Below, piece by piece: positions 20,459 to 31,151 of a stretch of 64,000 nt of DNA (position 1 is the stretch's first letter; every line of letters starts with the position of its first letter). A program made the translations under genes and the position numbers. The notes beneath the pieces are model-generated. The model had not been told where the DNA came from. It was given only the letters and a program-made list of their open reading frames with translations, and ran no database searches. The DNA comes from Candidatus Terraquivivens tengchongensis (GTDB lineage: Archaea > Thermoproteota > Nitrososphaeria_A > Caldarchaeales > Wolframiiraptoraceae), in assembly GCA_023261845.1 (NCBI GenBank), contig JALNJZ010000002.1, positions 32,001-96,000 on the forward strand, given 5' to 3'.

Positions 20459-21856
20459 TTGTTGAGAGTTTGTCTTATTTCTCCACCCTATGCGTCAGCT
20501 GTCAAGTCTGTCGTTGGTATTAGTTCTCCACCATTAGGGCTTGCTTACTTGGCTTCTATGATTAAGGATGAGCATGAGGTTAAGATCATTGATTCAAATG
20601 TTCTTAACTACGGTTTTGAGGATATTAAAAAAGAGCTGAAAAATTTTGGTCCAGATATTGTTGGTATAACTTCCACGACGCCGTCAATTTACGAAGCCTA
20701 CAAGGTTGCTGATATTGCTAAAAAAGTGAATGAGAATTGTATCGTTGTAATAGGCGGCCCACACGTAACTTTTCTCCCAGAGGAAGTCCTTATGGAATGC
20801 AAAAGCATCGACATAGTTGTTTTAGGCGAGGGAGAAGAAACCTTCCGAGAACTTGTTAATGCAGTAGAGCGCGGGCTTCCGTTAGAAGATGTAAAAGGCA
20901 TAACGTTTAGAAAGCATGAGAAAATAGTTGTCACGAAGCCAAGGCCCCCTATCAAAGATTTGGATGAAATCCCTTTTCCAAGTTTAGACATCCTGCCTGT
21001 GGAGAAGTACGAACTCCAAGGAGTCAAATATATGCCGATAATGAGTAGCAGGGGTTGCCCGTTTAGATGTTATTTTTGCGCATCATCACGCATCTTTGGA
21101 GGATGCTGGCGTTGCAGAAGTCCTAAATTGTGGATGATACCTTTACATTAAGTGAAAGAAGAGTCGAAGAATGTAGTAGAAGAGATTGAACTCATACACG
21201 ACAAATTCGGAATAAGAAATATCGAGTAAATTTGCAAGGAAATCTTAAAGGAGCGCCTCGATATTTCTTGGGGTGCCTCTTCAAGGGTTGATTCCATTAA
21301 CAGAGAATTGGCTGAGAAAATGAGAAAAGCCGGATGCTGGATAGTATACTTAGGGATAGAGTCGGCGTCCCAAGAAATTCTGAACAAAACGGGTAAAAGA
21401 ATAACTGTAGACCAAGTTATAAAGGCTGTTAAGACGTTGAAGGAGGCGGGCATAAAAGTTTTGGGGTCATTCATATTAGGCTTTCCTGAAGAAACCGTCA
21501 AAACAGCTGAACAGACGATAGCTTTAGCTAAAAAACTTGATTTGGACTATGCATAGTTCTCGATCTTAACGCCTTATCCGGGAACATCTCTCTATGAGTA
21601 TGCAAAGAAGAACGACATGCTACTTACAAGAGATTGGTCCAAATTTAATGCCATAGAGCCAGTAATGAAGTTGAAGAACATAACTCCAGGACAACTTCGA
21701 TCCCTACTTGAGAAGGCCTATCTAACATTCTATATGAGACCAAAAATATTTTGGAGATTTATTAAGCAGAAACAGTTCCACATTATAAAACGCACAATCA
21801 AGACTGTGATAAAATACCTAAGAACTTACGTATTATCCCTCCAATCATTGTCTTAA
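20459..21856 (+). pseudogene. B12-binding radical SAM protein disrupted by an internal block swap (21128-21227) and an in-frame TAG (21554-21556)
   Basis: PPLGLAYLAS, GGPH and SRGCPFRCYFC, followed in fragments by GIESASQEIL, FILGFP and TPYPGT. Confidence 0.88.
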
Positions 21857-21933
21857 GCATACTTACTAACTCCGAAATGCCGGTTAAGACATTATTGCAG
21901 AAAGTTCTCTCTACAACACTACAAACTGAAAAG

Positions 21934-22011
21934 TGGCGGGCCCGCTGGGATTCGAACCCAGGCATACTGGCTCCGGAGGCCAGCGCCCTATCCTTGCTAG
22001 GCTACGGGCCC
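21934..22011 (-). tRNA. tRNA-Arg(CCG), CCA encoded
   Basis: GGGCCCG...CGGGCCC-GCCA; anticodon arm CTGGC CT-CCG-GA GCCAG. Confidence 0.95.
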
Positions 22012-22119
22012 ATTGAATAATACATCGGCCCGTGCATGTATATTTTATGGTGACAAACATGATTTCCGAAGATTTTTGGTTTAAAAGTTTAAAATTATGC
22101 CGTACGACACCTTAAACCG

Positions 22120-23016
22120 TTGGGTGAATTTATGATAATAGACGTGCATTCCCATGTAGGTGAGTTTCCTAATCAGTGGAGTCGAGAATGGTTCGATTCA
22201 TATGCGCATCTTGTGGGTGACCCTCTGAAGTCAGTTTTACAATATTTCCCTATCGAGGAGAAAATTTTAGCGGATATGGATGAGGCGGGCGTTAATATAT
22301 CTGTTGTCATGGGGTTTGTGCATTACTCGACATCAACACTTGTGCCCGACGAGCACGTTTACAATTTTGTTAAGAAAAATCCGGATAGGCTCATAGGCTT
22401 TTCTTGTGTGCAACCAGTGGACAGCAGGAACGAGTTTAACGCAAAGGGCCTCTTGGAATTTGAGAAAGCCGTTACCGAATATGGGTTCAGGGGGTTAAAG
22501 CTCCTACCAGTTTACAACTTCTTCTTCCCTAACGACAGAAGGGTGTATCCTTTTTACGAGAAAGCGCTGGAGCTGGATGTTCCTGTGATGTTTCATTCGG
22601 CAGCAGTCGGGAGTACCGCGGCGCGCATGAAATACGGTCACCCTATATACTTAGAAGATGTTGTGATGGATTTTCCCAAGTTAAAGATATGCATATCTCA
22701 TATGGCATTCCCGTGGACGGAAGAGGCGTTGCTGTTAGTGCGAAAGGCGCCAAACATGTACATGGATATAAGCGCAGTAGTTAGACCAACGATCCTTGCA
22801 TGGAACCTTGTTAAAGCAAAGGAATATGGCGTTATGCATAAGTTAATGTTCGGTAGCGATTATCCCCTCTTCGGTCCTCGGAAGAACCTAGTGGAGCTCA
22901 TTAGAAACAAAGTAAATCAGATCGCGGAAAGAGCAGGATGGCCAACGCTAACCAATGAGGAAATCGAAGGAATATTGTGGAAAAACGCCGCAAGGTTCTT
23001 GGAGCTGAAATTATAA
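22120..23016 (+). CDS. Amidohydrolase family 2 protein (likely start ATG 22132)
   Basis: IDVHSH, GLKL, PVMFH and FGSDYP motifs. Confidence 0.88.
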   Translation: MGEFMIIDVHSHVGEFPNQWSREWFDSYAHLVGDPLKSVLQYFPIEEKILADMDEAGVNISVVMGFVHYSTSTLVPDEHVYNFVKKNPDRLIGFSCVQPVDSRNEFNAKGLLEFEKAVTEYGFRGLKLLPVYNFFFPNDRRVYPFYEKALELDVPVMFHSAAVGSTAARMKYGHPIYLEDVVMDFPKLKICISHMAFPWTEEALLLVRKAPNMYMDISAVVRPTILAWNLVKAKEYGVMHKLMFGSDYPLFGPRKNLVELIRNKVNQIAERAGWPTLTNEEIEGILWKNAARFLELKL

Positions 23017-23019
23017 CTT

Positions 23020-24312
23020 TCAGAAAAAATCTTCTAGTCTTTTGCTGATATGCTTTCGTTCCTCCATCTTTTCTTCTGTACCGAAAATTATCCGACCGTA
23101 TACACCGTCAAACCCTGGAATTATCTTGATTTTGTTTTGCCTTACGGCCATAATGAGATTTACTAGCTGAGGTGTCATTGCATTCCTAAGCTCCTCTTCC
23201 GATACTTCGAACATTATTCTGAACTCATCGCCTAAGGCGGATATTATCCTGGCATACTCTTTCCAGATTTTACCGGACATGAGCTTATGTTCAGATTCTA
23301 AGCTCACACCTTCTGAGACAGCTATGAGTTCTTGAAGGGGTATGGCATATTTGAAGCCTATGGAGCCTTCTGGGATATAATTTGGGGGCCTGTCCGCGAG
23401 TTCGTTAACCCTATCATCAACACCTTTCGTTAATTTTTTACCACAAACGCTACACTTGTATCCTATACTCTTAGCCTCTTCCGGCGATAGAGGACCGACG
23501 TTACAATTCCTGTGTCCTGACCAATGATACTTGCCATAGGCTGGCGGAACCTCTACCGTCATGATTATCCTATTCCTGTCCTTCTTTCTGATAGCATCCG
23601 TAACTTCTTCATAAGTAAGCCTGTCTAATTCGAATGCAACAGCCTCTCTTCCAAGCCTAAATGGATAAGGACTATGTGCGTCGCTAGCGCTTACTAACGT
23701 GAGCCTATCCAAGCTGCTAACCCTCCAGTTCATGGGGGGGTCGCTGCTAAGCCCAGTTTCTAAAGCGTGAATGTCCTTAACCCTATCTTCATAAGCTTCC
23801 TCTAAAGAATCCACACCGCTGAAGCTTCCGAATACTGACCACCATGGTGTCCAAGCATGTGCTGGAAATATCAAGCATCTCTTTTCGGTTTCTAGGATTA
23901 TGTCAACGAGTTCCGCAGGGGTTATTGTGAGGACAGGCCTACCGTCGGATGCCAAGTCGCCGTAAGTTGAAAGCCTGTCCGCAAGCTGCACGGATACATC
24001 TTTCGATGGCATGAGGATGACATGATGTATTCTCCTAAACTTTTCTCTGTACTGGTGTACGGTAGCTACCTCGGTCTGGAAGATGAAGTATGCGGAACTT
24101 TCGGAGGATTTTACCCTATAAATTCCCGTATCATCTATCTCCTCTAGGCGTTCGTTCAGCTCCTTGAACCATCCTGGATGAAGGGCGTCGCCCGTTCCCA
24201 GTAACCCTAGACCTTTTATCGCAGCATATCGTGTAATCTCTTCCAAGTTCATGTTCCTTGAGGTTGCACCGGAGTAATGGCTGTGAATGTGCAAGTCAGC
24301 ATATATTCTCAA
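23020..24312 (-). CDS. Endonuclease Q family (PHP domain plus Zn finger)
   Basis: DLHIHSHYS, GTGD, PAHAWTP, ETGLSSD, SDAHS, GKYH, CSVCGKKLTKGV and PGFDGVYG motifs. Confidence 0.85.
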   Translation of the reverse strand: MRIYADLHIHSHYSGATSRNMNLEEITRYAAIKGLGLLGTGDALHPGWFKELNERLEEIDDTGIYRVKSSESSAYFIFQTEVATVHQYREKFRRIHHVILMPSKDVSVQLADRLSTYGDLASDGRPVLTITPAELVDIILETEKRCLIFPAHAWTPWWSVFGSFSGVDSLEEAYEDRVKDIHALETGLSSDPPMNWRVSSLDRLTLVSASDAHSPYPFRLGREAVAFELDRLTYEEVTDAIRKKDRNRIIMTVEVPPAYGKYHWSGHRNCNVGPLSPEEAKSIGYKCSVCGKKLTKGVDDRVNELADRPPNYIPEGSIGFKYAIPLQELIAVSEGVSLESEHKLMSGKIWKEYARIISALGDEFRIMFEVSEEELRNAMTPQLVNLIMAVRQNKIKIIPGFDGVYGRIIFGTEEKMEERKHISKRLEDFF

Positions 24313-24346
24313 GCTCTGCCCTTCTCCGACCCGCGGGCTCCGCCCA

Positions 24347-24946
24347 TTATATCTCCCATTTCCATCTTATCATTTCTGTCGCTTTGTGCGGAAGCTTGAA
24401 TATCATAGATGGGTCTATGTTCCTCCATTCAAGTATTTCTTCGAATAAACTAGACGATTCGATTTTTACGCCCATGCTAAGTAACTCAGCCAGAATATCC
24501 GTCATTATGGATTCAACTTCTTCTTTTGACCTAACCCTCTTAAAGCTACCATCAGCTATCATACCAAATATTGCTTTGAATTCCAGCTTACCATCTTCGA
24601 GTATGCGTTTTGTGTGTTTGGTTGCACCATATCTTGTGGCCAGGTGTTCGAGGGTTTTTAAAACCTCATTAAGTTTTTCGCCAATAGAAAGTGTAAGGGA
24701 AATTCCAAATGTTTTTTCATAAACGATAAAATATCCCAAATAAATCTGAAGCGCTCCTTCGAAATCGGGCCTAAACCTACTCATTCCTAACATCACGAAT
24801 TCTTGTCCTTCCTTTAGAAGGAACCTTTGAAGCAACTCAGCAGGAATTGTTATCGCTAAACTGTTTCCGCTTCGCCTTATCATGCCCCTAAAAACCACAC
24901 TATCCTCAATCCATTCGGGCGCGTCCTTCTTTTGAGCTTGCGACAT
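24347..24946 (-). CDS. AbrB/MazE/SpoVT-like DNA-binding domain protein
   Basis: IRRSGNSLAITIPAELLQRFLLKEGQE. Confidence 0.7.
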   Translation of the reverse strand: MSQAQKKDAPEWIEDSVVFRGMIRRSGNSLAITIPAELLQRFLLKEGQEFVMLGMSRFRPDFEGALQIYLGYFIVYEKTFGISLTLSIGEKLNEVLKTLEHLATRYGATKHTKRILEDGKLEFKAIFGMIADGSFKRVRSKEEVESIMTDILAELLSMGVKIESSSLFEEILEWRNIDPSMIFKLPHKATEMIRWKWEI

Positions 24947-25140
24947 CTTTACCCAGTATTTAGTACATACGTAATGCTTTAAGTATATCTGCGTAGTATT
25001 CTGGTCCGATTCGTTTTTCTTGGAATTGGGGGGACTTATGCCTTAAAAGTGCCTGGGGCACGCTTAACTTACACGAAAACAACCCAACCATTTATATTAA
25101 TGCACCTAACCTTAATCTGAATATGCGGGGGCACTAAACA

Positions 25141-26049
25141 GTGGAAGAAGACGTAATGTGGCTCCTTAGGCACAAAAATAGGCGCAGGATAATCTTGGCC
25201 ATAGGCGAGGCAGGTAAGATAGGAGCCACAGCCCTTCGTGATAAGTTAGGGATAAGCACCGGTTCACTCTACTACAACCTGCGCCAGCTAGGGGGGCTGG
25301 TCCAACAAGACCAAAAAAGAAACTATACGTTGACTCCTGAGGGGCAGAGAATTTACAAGGCCTTAATAGAGCGGATGGAGCCTGAAGAATTGTTAAGTAA
25401 AGAGCCACCCAGCAGAATAGTTTCTGTGCTTTCAAGCATATTCTTTCCAGTTAGCCTTTTCACTCCAATCTACGAGAACGTTGCGATGAGGATCTTCCTT
25501 CCTTTACTTTCAACCTCCGTTATCAGTGCCTTAATGATCTATACGAAATTTATTCCGTTCATACTCCATGTATTAGAGAGGCCACGCTTTACCGTTCTGG
25601 AATTTGGGACAAACTTTCTTCTCAGCATTCTTATTATTTATATTTACGCTTCGGTCATGAGTTGGATCGCGACAGGCAATGTGAAAACTTTTAGAGCAAC
25701 TAGTGGAAAAGGGATTTTATCCAATATAAAAGATTGGTTCAAGAACAACTACGCAGAGCATGTTAAGTTCTTATTATGTCTGCTGCTCTCACTTCTACCT
25801 CTTGCAATACTTCCAGGAATTGTAACGATAGATAGGCTTTTCAAGTTTAACATAATGCCGCCTTCAGGTACTGCTAACTATTTTATAACTAGGGATGTAC
25901 TCCTATTAGTATCGCAAGGCATAACTATCATTTTGATGACTGCAGGCATATCTTATGCTAAAAACATTAAGTGGCAGAGTGCTGCGATGGTTAGCTTCTC
26001 GCTACTTTACTTTTCATTCTTCGTAAATAAAGTTATGGGATTTGTTTGA
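25141..26049 (+). CDS. ArsR-like winged-HTH protein fused to a multi-pass membrane domain
   Basis: LRHKNRRRII...GSLYYNLRQL...YTLTPEG followed by about 5-6 hydrophobic helices. Confidence 0.75.
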   Translation: MEEDVMWLLRHKNRRRIILAIGEAGKIGATALRDKLGISTGSLYYNLRQLGGLVQQDQKRNYTLTPEGQRIYKALIERMEPEELLSKEPPSRIVSVLSSIFFPVSLFTPIYENVAMRIFLPLLSTSVISALMIYTKFIPFILHVLERPRFTVLEFGTNFLLSILIIYIYASVMSWIATGNVKTFRATSGKGILSNIKDWFKNNYAEHVKFLLCLLLSLLPLAILPGIVTIDRLFKFNIMPPSGTANYFITRDVLLLVSQGITIILMTAGISYAKNIKWQSAAMVSFSLLYFSFFVNKVMGFV

Positions 26050-26051
26050 TT

Positions 26052-26363
26052 TTATTTGACAGTCATTTCAACACTTACTTCATCTGGTATCTGTATCCTC
26101 ATTATCTGCCGAAGAACTCTCTGGTCGCTTATGCTCATGTCTATCAATCTTCTGTAAATCCTCATCTCGTGCTTACGCCAAGTCTTTGTTCCTTCGCCGC
26201 ATGGAGATTTCCTGACCGGAAGGACGAGTCTTTTCCTAGGCAGGGGCATAGGGCCAGAAATCTTCGTACCCGTCTTGTCTGCTATGTCTTTTATCTCCTT
26301 ACAAACCCTCTCCAGTTTTTCTAAGTCTGTGCTGGTGAGCTTAACGCGTATCATCTGAGGCAT
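26052..26363 (-). CDS. rps10: 30S ribosomal protein S10
   Basis: GPMPLP and RKSPCGEG motifs. Confidence 0.96.
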   Translation of the reverse strand: MPQMIRVKLTSTDLEKLERVCKEIKDIADKTGTKISGPMPLPRKRLVLPVRKSPCGEGTKTWRKHEMRIYRRLIDMSISDQRVLRQIMRIQIPDEVSVEMTVK

Positions 26364-26394
26364 CGAGGATACTGCCCCTAATCATTTTGGATTG

Positions 26395-27690
26395 TTAAGC
26401 CTTCTGTGTTATCTCTTTGACGATCCCGGCGGCTATTGTCATACCGCTATCTCTGATTGCGAACCTACCTAACTCGGGAAACTGAGAGTATGGTTCGAGT
26501 GCCGTCGGTTGTAATGGCATAAGTCTCACGAGTGCTATGTCTCCTGTCTTCAGGAACTGGGGGTTCTTTTCTACAACCTGTCCAGTCCTTGGATCCATCT
26601 TTGATATTAGCTCGACAAACTTTACGGCTACTTGTGCTGTATGTATGTGCATGACTGGCGTATAACCAGCCGCTATAGCCGTTGGGTGGTATATCACTAC
26701 TATCTGGCCGATGAACTCCTTCGCTACGCTACATGGATTGTCTGGATGGCTGACAACCATACCTCTTGCAAGTTGTGTTCTTTCTACACCCTTCAGGTTA
26801 AAGCCTATGTTATCGCCAGGAATTGCTTGTTGCAAAGGCTGGTGATGCATCTCTATGCTCTTGACTTCAGCCTTTATGTTGGGTGGCATTATGACAACGG
26901 TATCACCGGGCTTCAGAACACCTGTCTCAACCCTTCCAACAGGTACTGTTCCTACACCTTTAATGGAGTAGACTGCCTGTATCGGTATTCTCAAAGGCTT
27001 GTCGATGGGTTTTGACGGTTCCTGAAACATATCCAGAGCTTCCAGTAAAGTCGGTCCGTTGTACCATGGAAGGTTCTTGCTTCTTTCTACTAAGTTGTCA
27101 CCTAACCATCCAGAGATTGGTATGAAGTGTATCTTAGAGACGTCGTAGCCAACACGTTTTAGCAGGTCCTGTACACCTTGCTTTACCTCATTGTATCTTT
27201 CTTGGGACCAGTTGACAGTACTATCGTCCATCTTGTTGATTGCGACGACCAACTGCCTTATGCCTAGCATGAATGCTAGGAAGGCATGTTCTCTTGTCTG
27301 TCCACCAGGCGCTATTCCTACTTCGTATTCGCCCTTTTTCGCAGAAACGACTAAGATTGCGGCATCGGCTTGACTTGCTCCGGTTATCATGTTTTTTACG
27401 AAGTCCCTGTGACCGGGAGCATCAATCAGCGTGAAATAGTATTTCTTAGTCTCGAATTTTTGGAACGCAAGGTCTATCGTAAGCCCTCTTTCTCGTTCTT
27501 CTTTAATCCTGTCAAGTACCCATGCATACTTGAACGTCTCCTTTCTGAGTTTCTTCGCCTCTTCCTCATATGTCTGGATTGTTCTCTCGTCAATAGCACC
27601 TAGTTTATACAGTAAATGACCCATTGTCGTCGATTTCCCATGGTCTACATGCCCAATGACTATCAGGTTTAGGTGTGGTTTTGTGGACAT
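26395..27690 (-). CDS. tuf: Translation elongation factor EF-1alpha
   Basis: GHVDHGKST, ERERGLTID, DAPGHRDF and NKMD motifs. Confidence 0.98.
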   Translation of the reverse strand: MSTKPHLNLIVIGHVDHGKSTTMGHLLYKLGAIDERTIQTYEEEAKKLRKETFKYAWVLDRIKEERERGLTIDLAFQKFETKKYYFTLIDAPGHRDFVKNMITGASQADAAILVVSAKKGEYEVGIAPGGQTREHAFLAFMLGIRQLVVAINKMDDSTVNWSQERYNEVKQGVQDLLKRVGYDVSKIHFIPISGWLGDNLVERSKNLPWYNGPTLLEALDMFQEPSKPIDKPLRIPIQAVYSIKGVGTVPVGRVETGVLKPGDTVVIMPPNIKAEVKSIEMHHQPLQQAIPGDNIGFNLKGVERTQLARGMVVSHPDNPCSVAKEFIGQIVVIYHPTAIAAGYTPVMHIHTAQVAVKFVELISKMDPRTGQVVEKNPQFLKTGDIALVRLMPLQPTALEPYSQFPELGRFAIRDSGMTIAAGIVKEITQKA

Positions 27691-27795
27691 CCTACTTCCA
27701 CCGCTTACTATTTACGTTCAACGTTTCTGGATTGGGTATATATAAGCTTGTAGGGGAACTCTTTCTAAAACTTTTTATGTTTGATGCGATGGGGC

Positions 27796-28365
27796 CTACC
27801 TTGACGCTAGGGCTATCCTTTCCAGCTCGAGCTTCTTCTTTATGGCATAACTCTTACTATCGTTTTGCGAGGCCAATATTATCTCATCCGCCAAGCATTC
27901 ATCTACGGTTTTCCTGCTCCTGAAACTAGCTTCGCGAGCGGCCGTTGTTATATATCTGAGTGCCAGGTCCAACCTTCTCTGGGGCGATATGTCAACTGCC
28001 TTAAAGTACACTATCCCTCCATAACTGAGCCTCGTCACGTCCTCCCTTGGCGCAGCATTCTCAAGCGCCCTCACCAAAACCTCAATAGGATTCGCACCAG
28101 TTCTCAGGTGTATTATTTCTAGAGCGTTGCGCACGATTTTGAGAGCTTTAGATTTTTTCCCACCATTCCTCCCGGGCCTCATGAGCATGTTTGCTAAGCG
28201 TTCAACCACACTGACGTTAGCTTTTCCAAACCTCCTGTGTTCATGTCTTCCGCCGGAATGCACCATCGGTTTAAGGCAAATATAACGTTGCAGACCGGGG
28301 TCCCTTATCTCGATGCCTTCCGTGCTCCATTTATCGAATATTTTAAATTCCACCAAGAATGTCAC
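27796..28365 (-). CDS. rps7: 30S ribosomal protein S7
   Basis: [16 protein letters not shown] and ERIALASR motifs. Confidence 0.96.
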   Translation of the reverse strand: MTFLVEFKIFDKWSTEGIEIRDPGLQRYICLKPMVHSGGRHEHRRFGKANVSVVERLANMLMRPGRNGGKKSKALKIVRNALEIIHLRTGANPIEVLVRALENAAPREDVTRLSYGGIVYFKAVDISPQRRLDLALRYITTAAREASFRSRKTVDECLADEIILASQNDSKSYAIKKKLELERIALASR

Positions 28366-28790
28366 CTCTTAGGTTTTTTGACTTTGCCAGTAATTAGCAG
28401 ATTAAGCGGCACACCGTTCACCAGCTCTACCTTGTATCTAACACCCGGAAGGTCACCATAGCTTTTGCCCATGGAACCGCCTATACCGCTGATTATCACC
28501 TCATCGTGTTCATCAACGACGTTTAGGGCACCATCTCCAGGTAAGAATGCCGTGACAACCTTACCATTCTTAATCAACTGAACCCTGACGGCCTTCCTGA
28601 CGGCTGAGTTGGGTTGTCTGGATTCTATCCCAATTTTCTGCAGAACTATACCGCGGGCCATGGGCGCACCCTCAAGCGGGTCGGTCTTCAGTTTAAGCTG
28701 GAGCATTCTGATGCGGTATTTTCGCTGACTCCACTTAAACTTCTTCCTGTTCTGGATTAGTTTCCTCGCTGCGAATAGCCCATTACCCAT
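28362..28790 (-). CDS. rps12: 30S ribosomal protein S12
   Basis: QPNSAVRK and GDLPGVRYK motifs. Confidence 0.97.
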   Translation of the reverse strand: MGNGLFAARKLIQNRKKFKWSQRKYRIRMLQLKLKTDPLEGAPMARGIVLQKIGIESRQPNSAVRKAVRVQLIKNGKVVTAFLPGDGALNVVDEHDEVIISGIGGSMGKSYGDLPGVRYKVELVNGVPLNLLITGKVKKPKR

Positions 28791-28976
28791 GGCCCATCCT
28801 CGGCTAGAAATGGGGATCTGGCAAGCGACTTAAAAACTCTTCTCTTTTCTCAGACCTTGTTAAGTGCTAAATTAATTTTGGCCGCTTCTATCTCAGATAT
28901 AGGCACGCATATTCTTAAATGCATTAAGAAAAACATTTATTAAAAGGTAACGCTGTTAAAAGAGGAGAGAAGAAGT

Positions 28977-29519
28977 ATGAGTGAAAGTAAATGGACCTCT
29001 AGATTCATTATTGCGGCGATATTTCAAGGCGCTTTAGCAACGGCGTTGACCATATACATCGTATTAGGCCAAATATTCTGGCTGAAGCCTGAGGTGTCAA
29101 GAGTCATAGCTCTTGGTAGTGCTGGCAACTGGTTTACGTTGGGTTACGTGACATACCTCATAGTGGGAGTGATTGGGGTGGCGGTAACGGCGCTATTCTA
29201 TCACTACATAGAGTCTACACTCGGAAAGTCTTACACAGGTGCGGCCAACATACTCGCATGGCTACATCTCATTCTGATGAATGTCGGAATCATAGGTACC
29301 ACGTGGCTGTTAATGATCAGCGGATATCTGGGAGGGGCTGCGATGCTTCCGCCAGAAGTAGGTGGTAAAGGCTGGAATGCCGGTCAAGTGCATGTAAATG
29401 TGTTTTACGGAATTCCTCTTGGTTATCCGACTTGGATTTCGTTTTTCATAATAATCCTTGCGGTTGGTGTATTTCTAGGCGGCCTGGGATACCTAATCAC
29501 GTGGACCAAGAAGACCTAA
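28977..29519 (+). CDS. Hypothetical membrane protein (about 4 TM helices)
   Basis: Clean 180-aa hydrophobic ORF followed by a T-rich tract; shares GxWFxLGYxxYLxVG with the ORF at 30524-31017. Confidence 0.75.
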   Translation: MSESKWTSRFIIAAIFQGALATALTIYIVLGQIFWLKPEVSRVIALGSAGNWFTLGYVTYLIVGVIGVAVTALFYHYIESTLGKSYTGAANILAWLHLILMNVGIIGTTWLLMISGYLGGAAMLPPEVGGKGWNAGQVHVNVFYGIPLGYPTWISFFIIILAVGVFLGGLGYLITWTKKT

Positions 29520-29596
29520 CCTTCTTTTTTATTTTGAGGACATATTAAGCGATAAAAAGGTATAAAGCTGTAACTAAATGAAATCTGAAGACCTCG

Positions 29597-30535
29597 ATGG
29601 GTATCAGCTCACCAGCACTCATCATATGGTTAGCATTTGTAAGCTTAAGCATCTTCATAAGCATCGTTCCGATAAGTTCATCGACCTCCGCTTCATGGGA
29701 TGTTCCAGAAACAGGGCATAGCTGGGGCTTGGCCTAATAGTCCCGGATGGAAGTCCACTAGATGATGGTTCAATAGTTCGCTGGGATAAAGTTAACAATG
29801 TAACAGTCATCGTGACACTACCTAGGATAAATCAAACGGATGGAACAATCTACGCCATCTTGAGTGCTACGACAAAATCAGGAAACATCATTCAGGTTGC
29901 TGCTGGACTTTATCCCGAAGAGAGTCTGTGGTTTGTCTACAGTATGTACGTAACGGGAGTTACTTCAACTGAAAAAGATACGTCCCAATTTCCATTAGGG
30001 ATGAGCCAGCTATGAAACCGGGCGATACAATATCCATGTCTCAAACAATACTGGGTCGGATACTATATGGCTGGGGAATGGTCTGCAACCTTAACACAGA
30101 AGAGTGCGGAAGGGCCGATATACTTAACGACGGTAGCGCTGTTTTCATGTCAGGTGAGCATGAAATAATCGCCCTAGAATCTTACACAACGGCTGAGAAT
30201 GTGTTCAAGCGTATAGAAAACATGACACTTCATACTATACTAGTTGATGGTGTCCGCGTGCTAGTGGATACTACATTAGCGACGGGATGGTATTTGACCG
30301 GAACCCTTTGTTCCAAGTCGGGGGAATAGCACGTGTTCCTTCTTATATCTCGATGTATTTTACGCCCGACGGGAAAGCTGTATAGTATTACTCACATAGC
30401 TGGGAACGTGGGGGTAGCTCCCTTAACGACGTAAACGTACTCGTAGTTTTCATAATAGCGTTGTTGGCATCATCAATTGGCCTACTCATGATCATGATTA
30501 TCTTGAAATCATTTAAAAAAGATTCATATTGTTAA
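29597..30535 (+). pseudogene. Degraded gene for a secreted, C-terminally membrane-anchored protein
   Basis: Signal-like N-terminus MGISSPALIIWLAFV; apparent frameshifts near 29725, 29975 and 30295, an in-frame TAG near 30383, and a hydrophobic tail ending at TAA 30535. Confidence 0.65.
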
Positions 30536-31017
30536 GTTTTCTTTTGAAAGATAGAGTGCAGTTATCCCGGAGAGCACTCCTACGATAGCCACAATCGACA
30601 GTATTCGGATAGGGTTAACAAACGGTTCTAGGATTAAACGTACTTCTTCAGACGGTGAGTGGAGTATCGTTGATACGTAACCACCCAATATACCAGCAAT
30701 AGCCAACGCAAAATTAGCTCCTGTTATCCCAACATACATCGCGAGTATGTTTAACCATACTAACAGCCTGTTGAGTTTTCTACCCTCAATTTTTTCAGCG
30801 AGGTAGTAAAGGTATGAGAAACCAAGATGCCCAGTGAATCCAACAGCTAGGTATAAGATGTAGCCTAGTATGAACCACGTCCCCGGACCACCACCAACGA
30901 TTATTCTCAGAATCATAAGGAATGGCTGTATGGGGAGGACTATAATGAGTGTGTAAAACACGCTACTATCATATTTATGAGTGTAAGCTTCTTAAGGATG
31001 GCATACCATGTTAACAT
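30524..31017 (-). CDS. Hypothetical membrane protein, paralog of 28977-29519; possible 1-nt frameshift near 30961
   Basis: ORF 30524-30961 plus an upstream ATG at 31017 (MLTWYAILKKLTLINMIVA) that would join it if one base were added (GCGTG to GCGGTG). Confidence 0.6.
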
Positions 31018-31151
31018 TTGTTTTGCTTAGGTTAAACGCGAACTTAAAAAGTCTTTTTAGGCATAACTCTTATCAAAAGCTTAAGTTTTAACTCTAAGAC
31101 TGTAAAACAAAGCATCAGCTGACGAGGTTCCGATGACGTGTTGTGACCGCC

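Noticed and set aside
21110-21240. BHB-mediated splicing as the explanation for the swapped radical-SAM blocks
   Set aside because: No canonical BHB could be drawn at the three junctions, and the gene has an independent nonsense codon.
31110-31150. Possible C/D-box sRNA (CTGACGA...CCGA TGAC)
   Set aside because: Guide regions are too short and there is no clear terminal D box.
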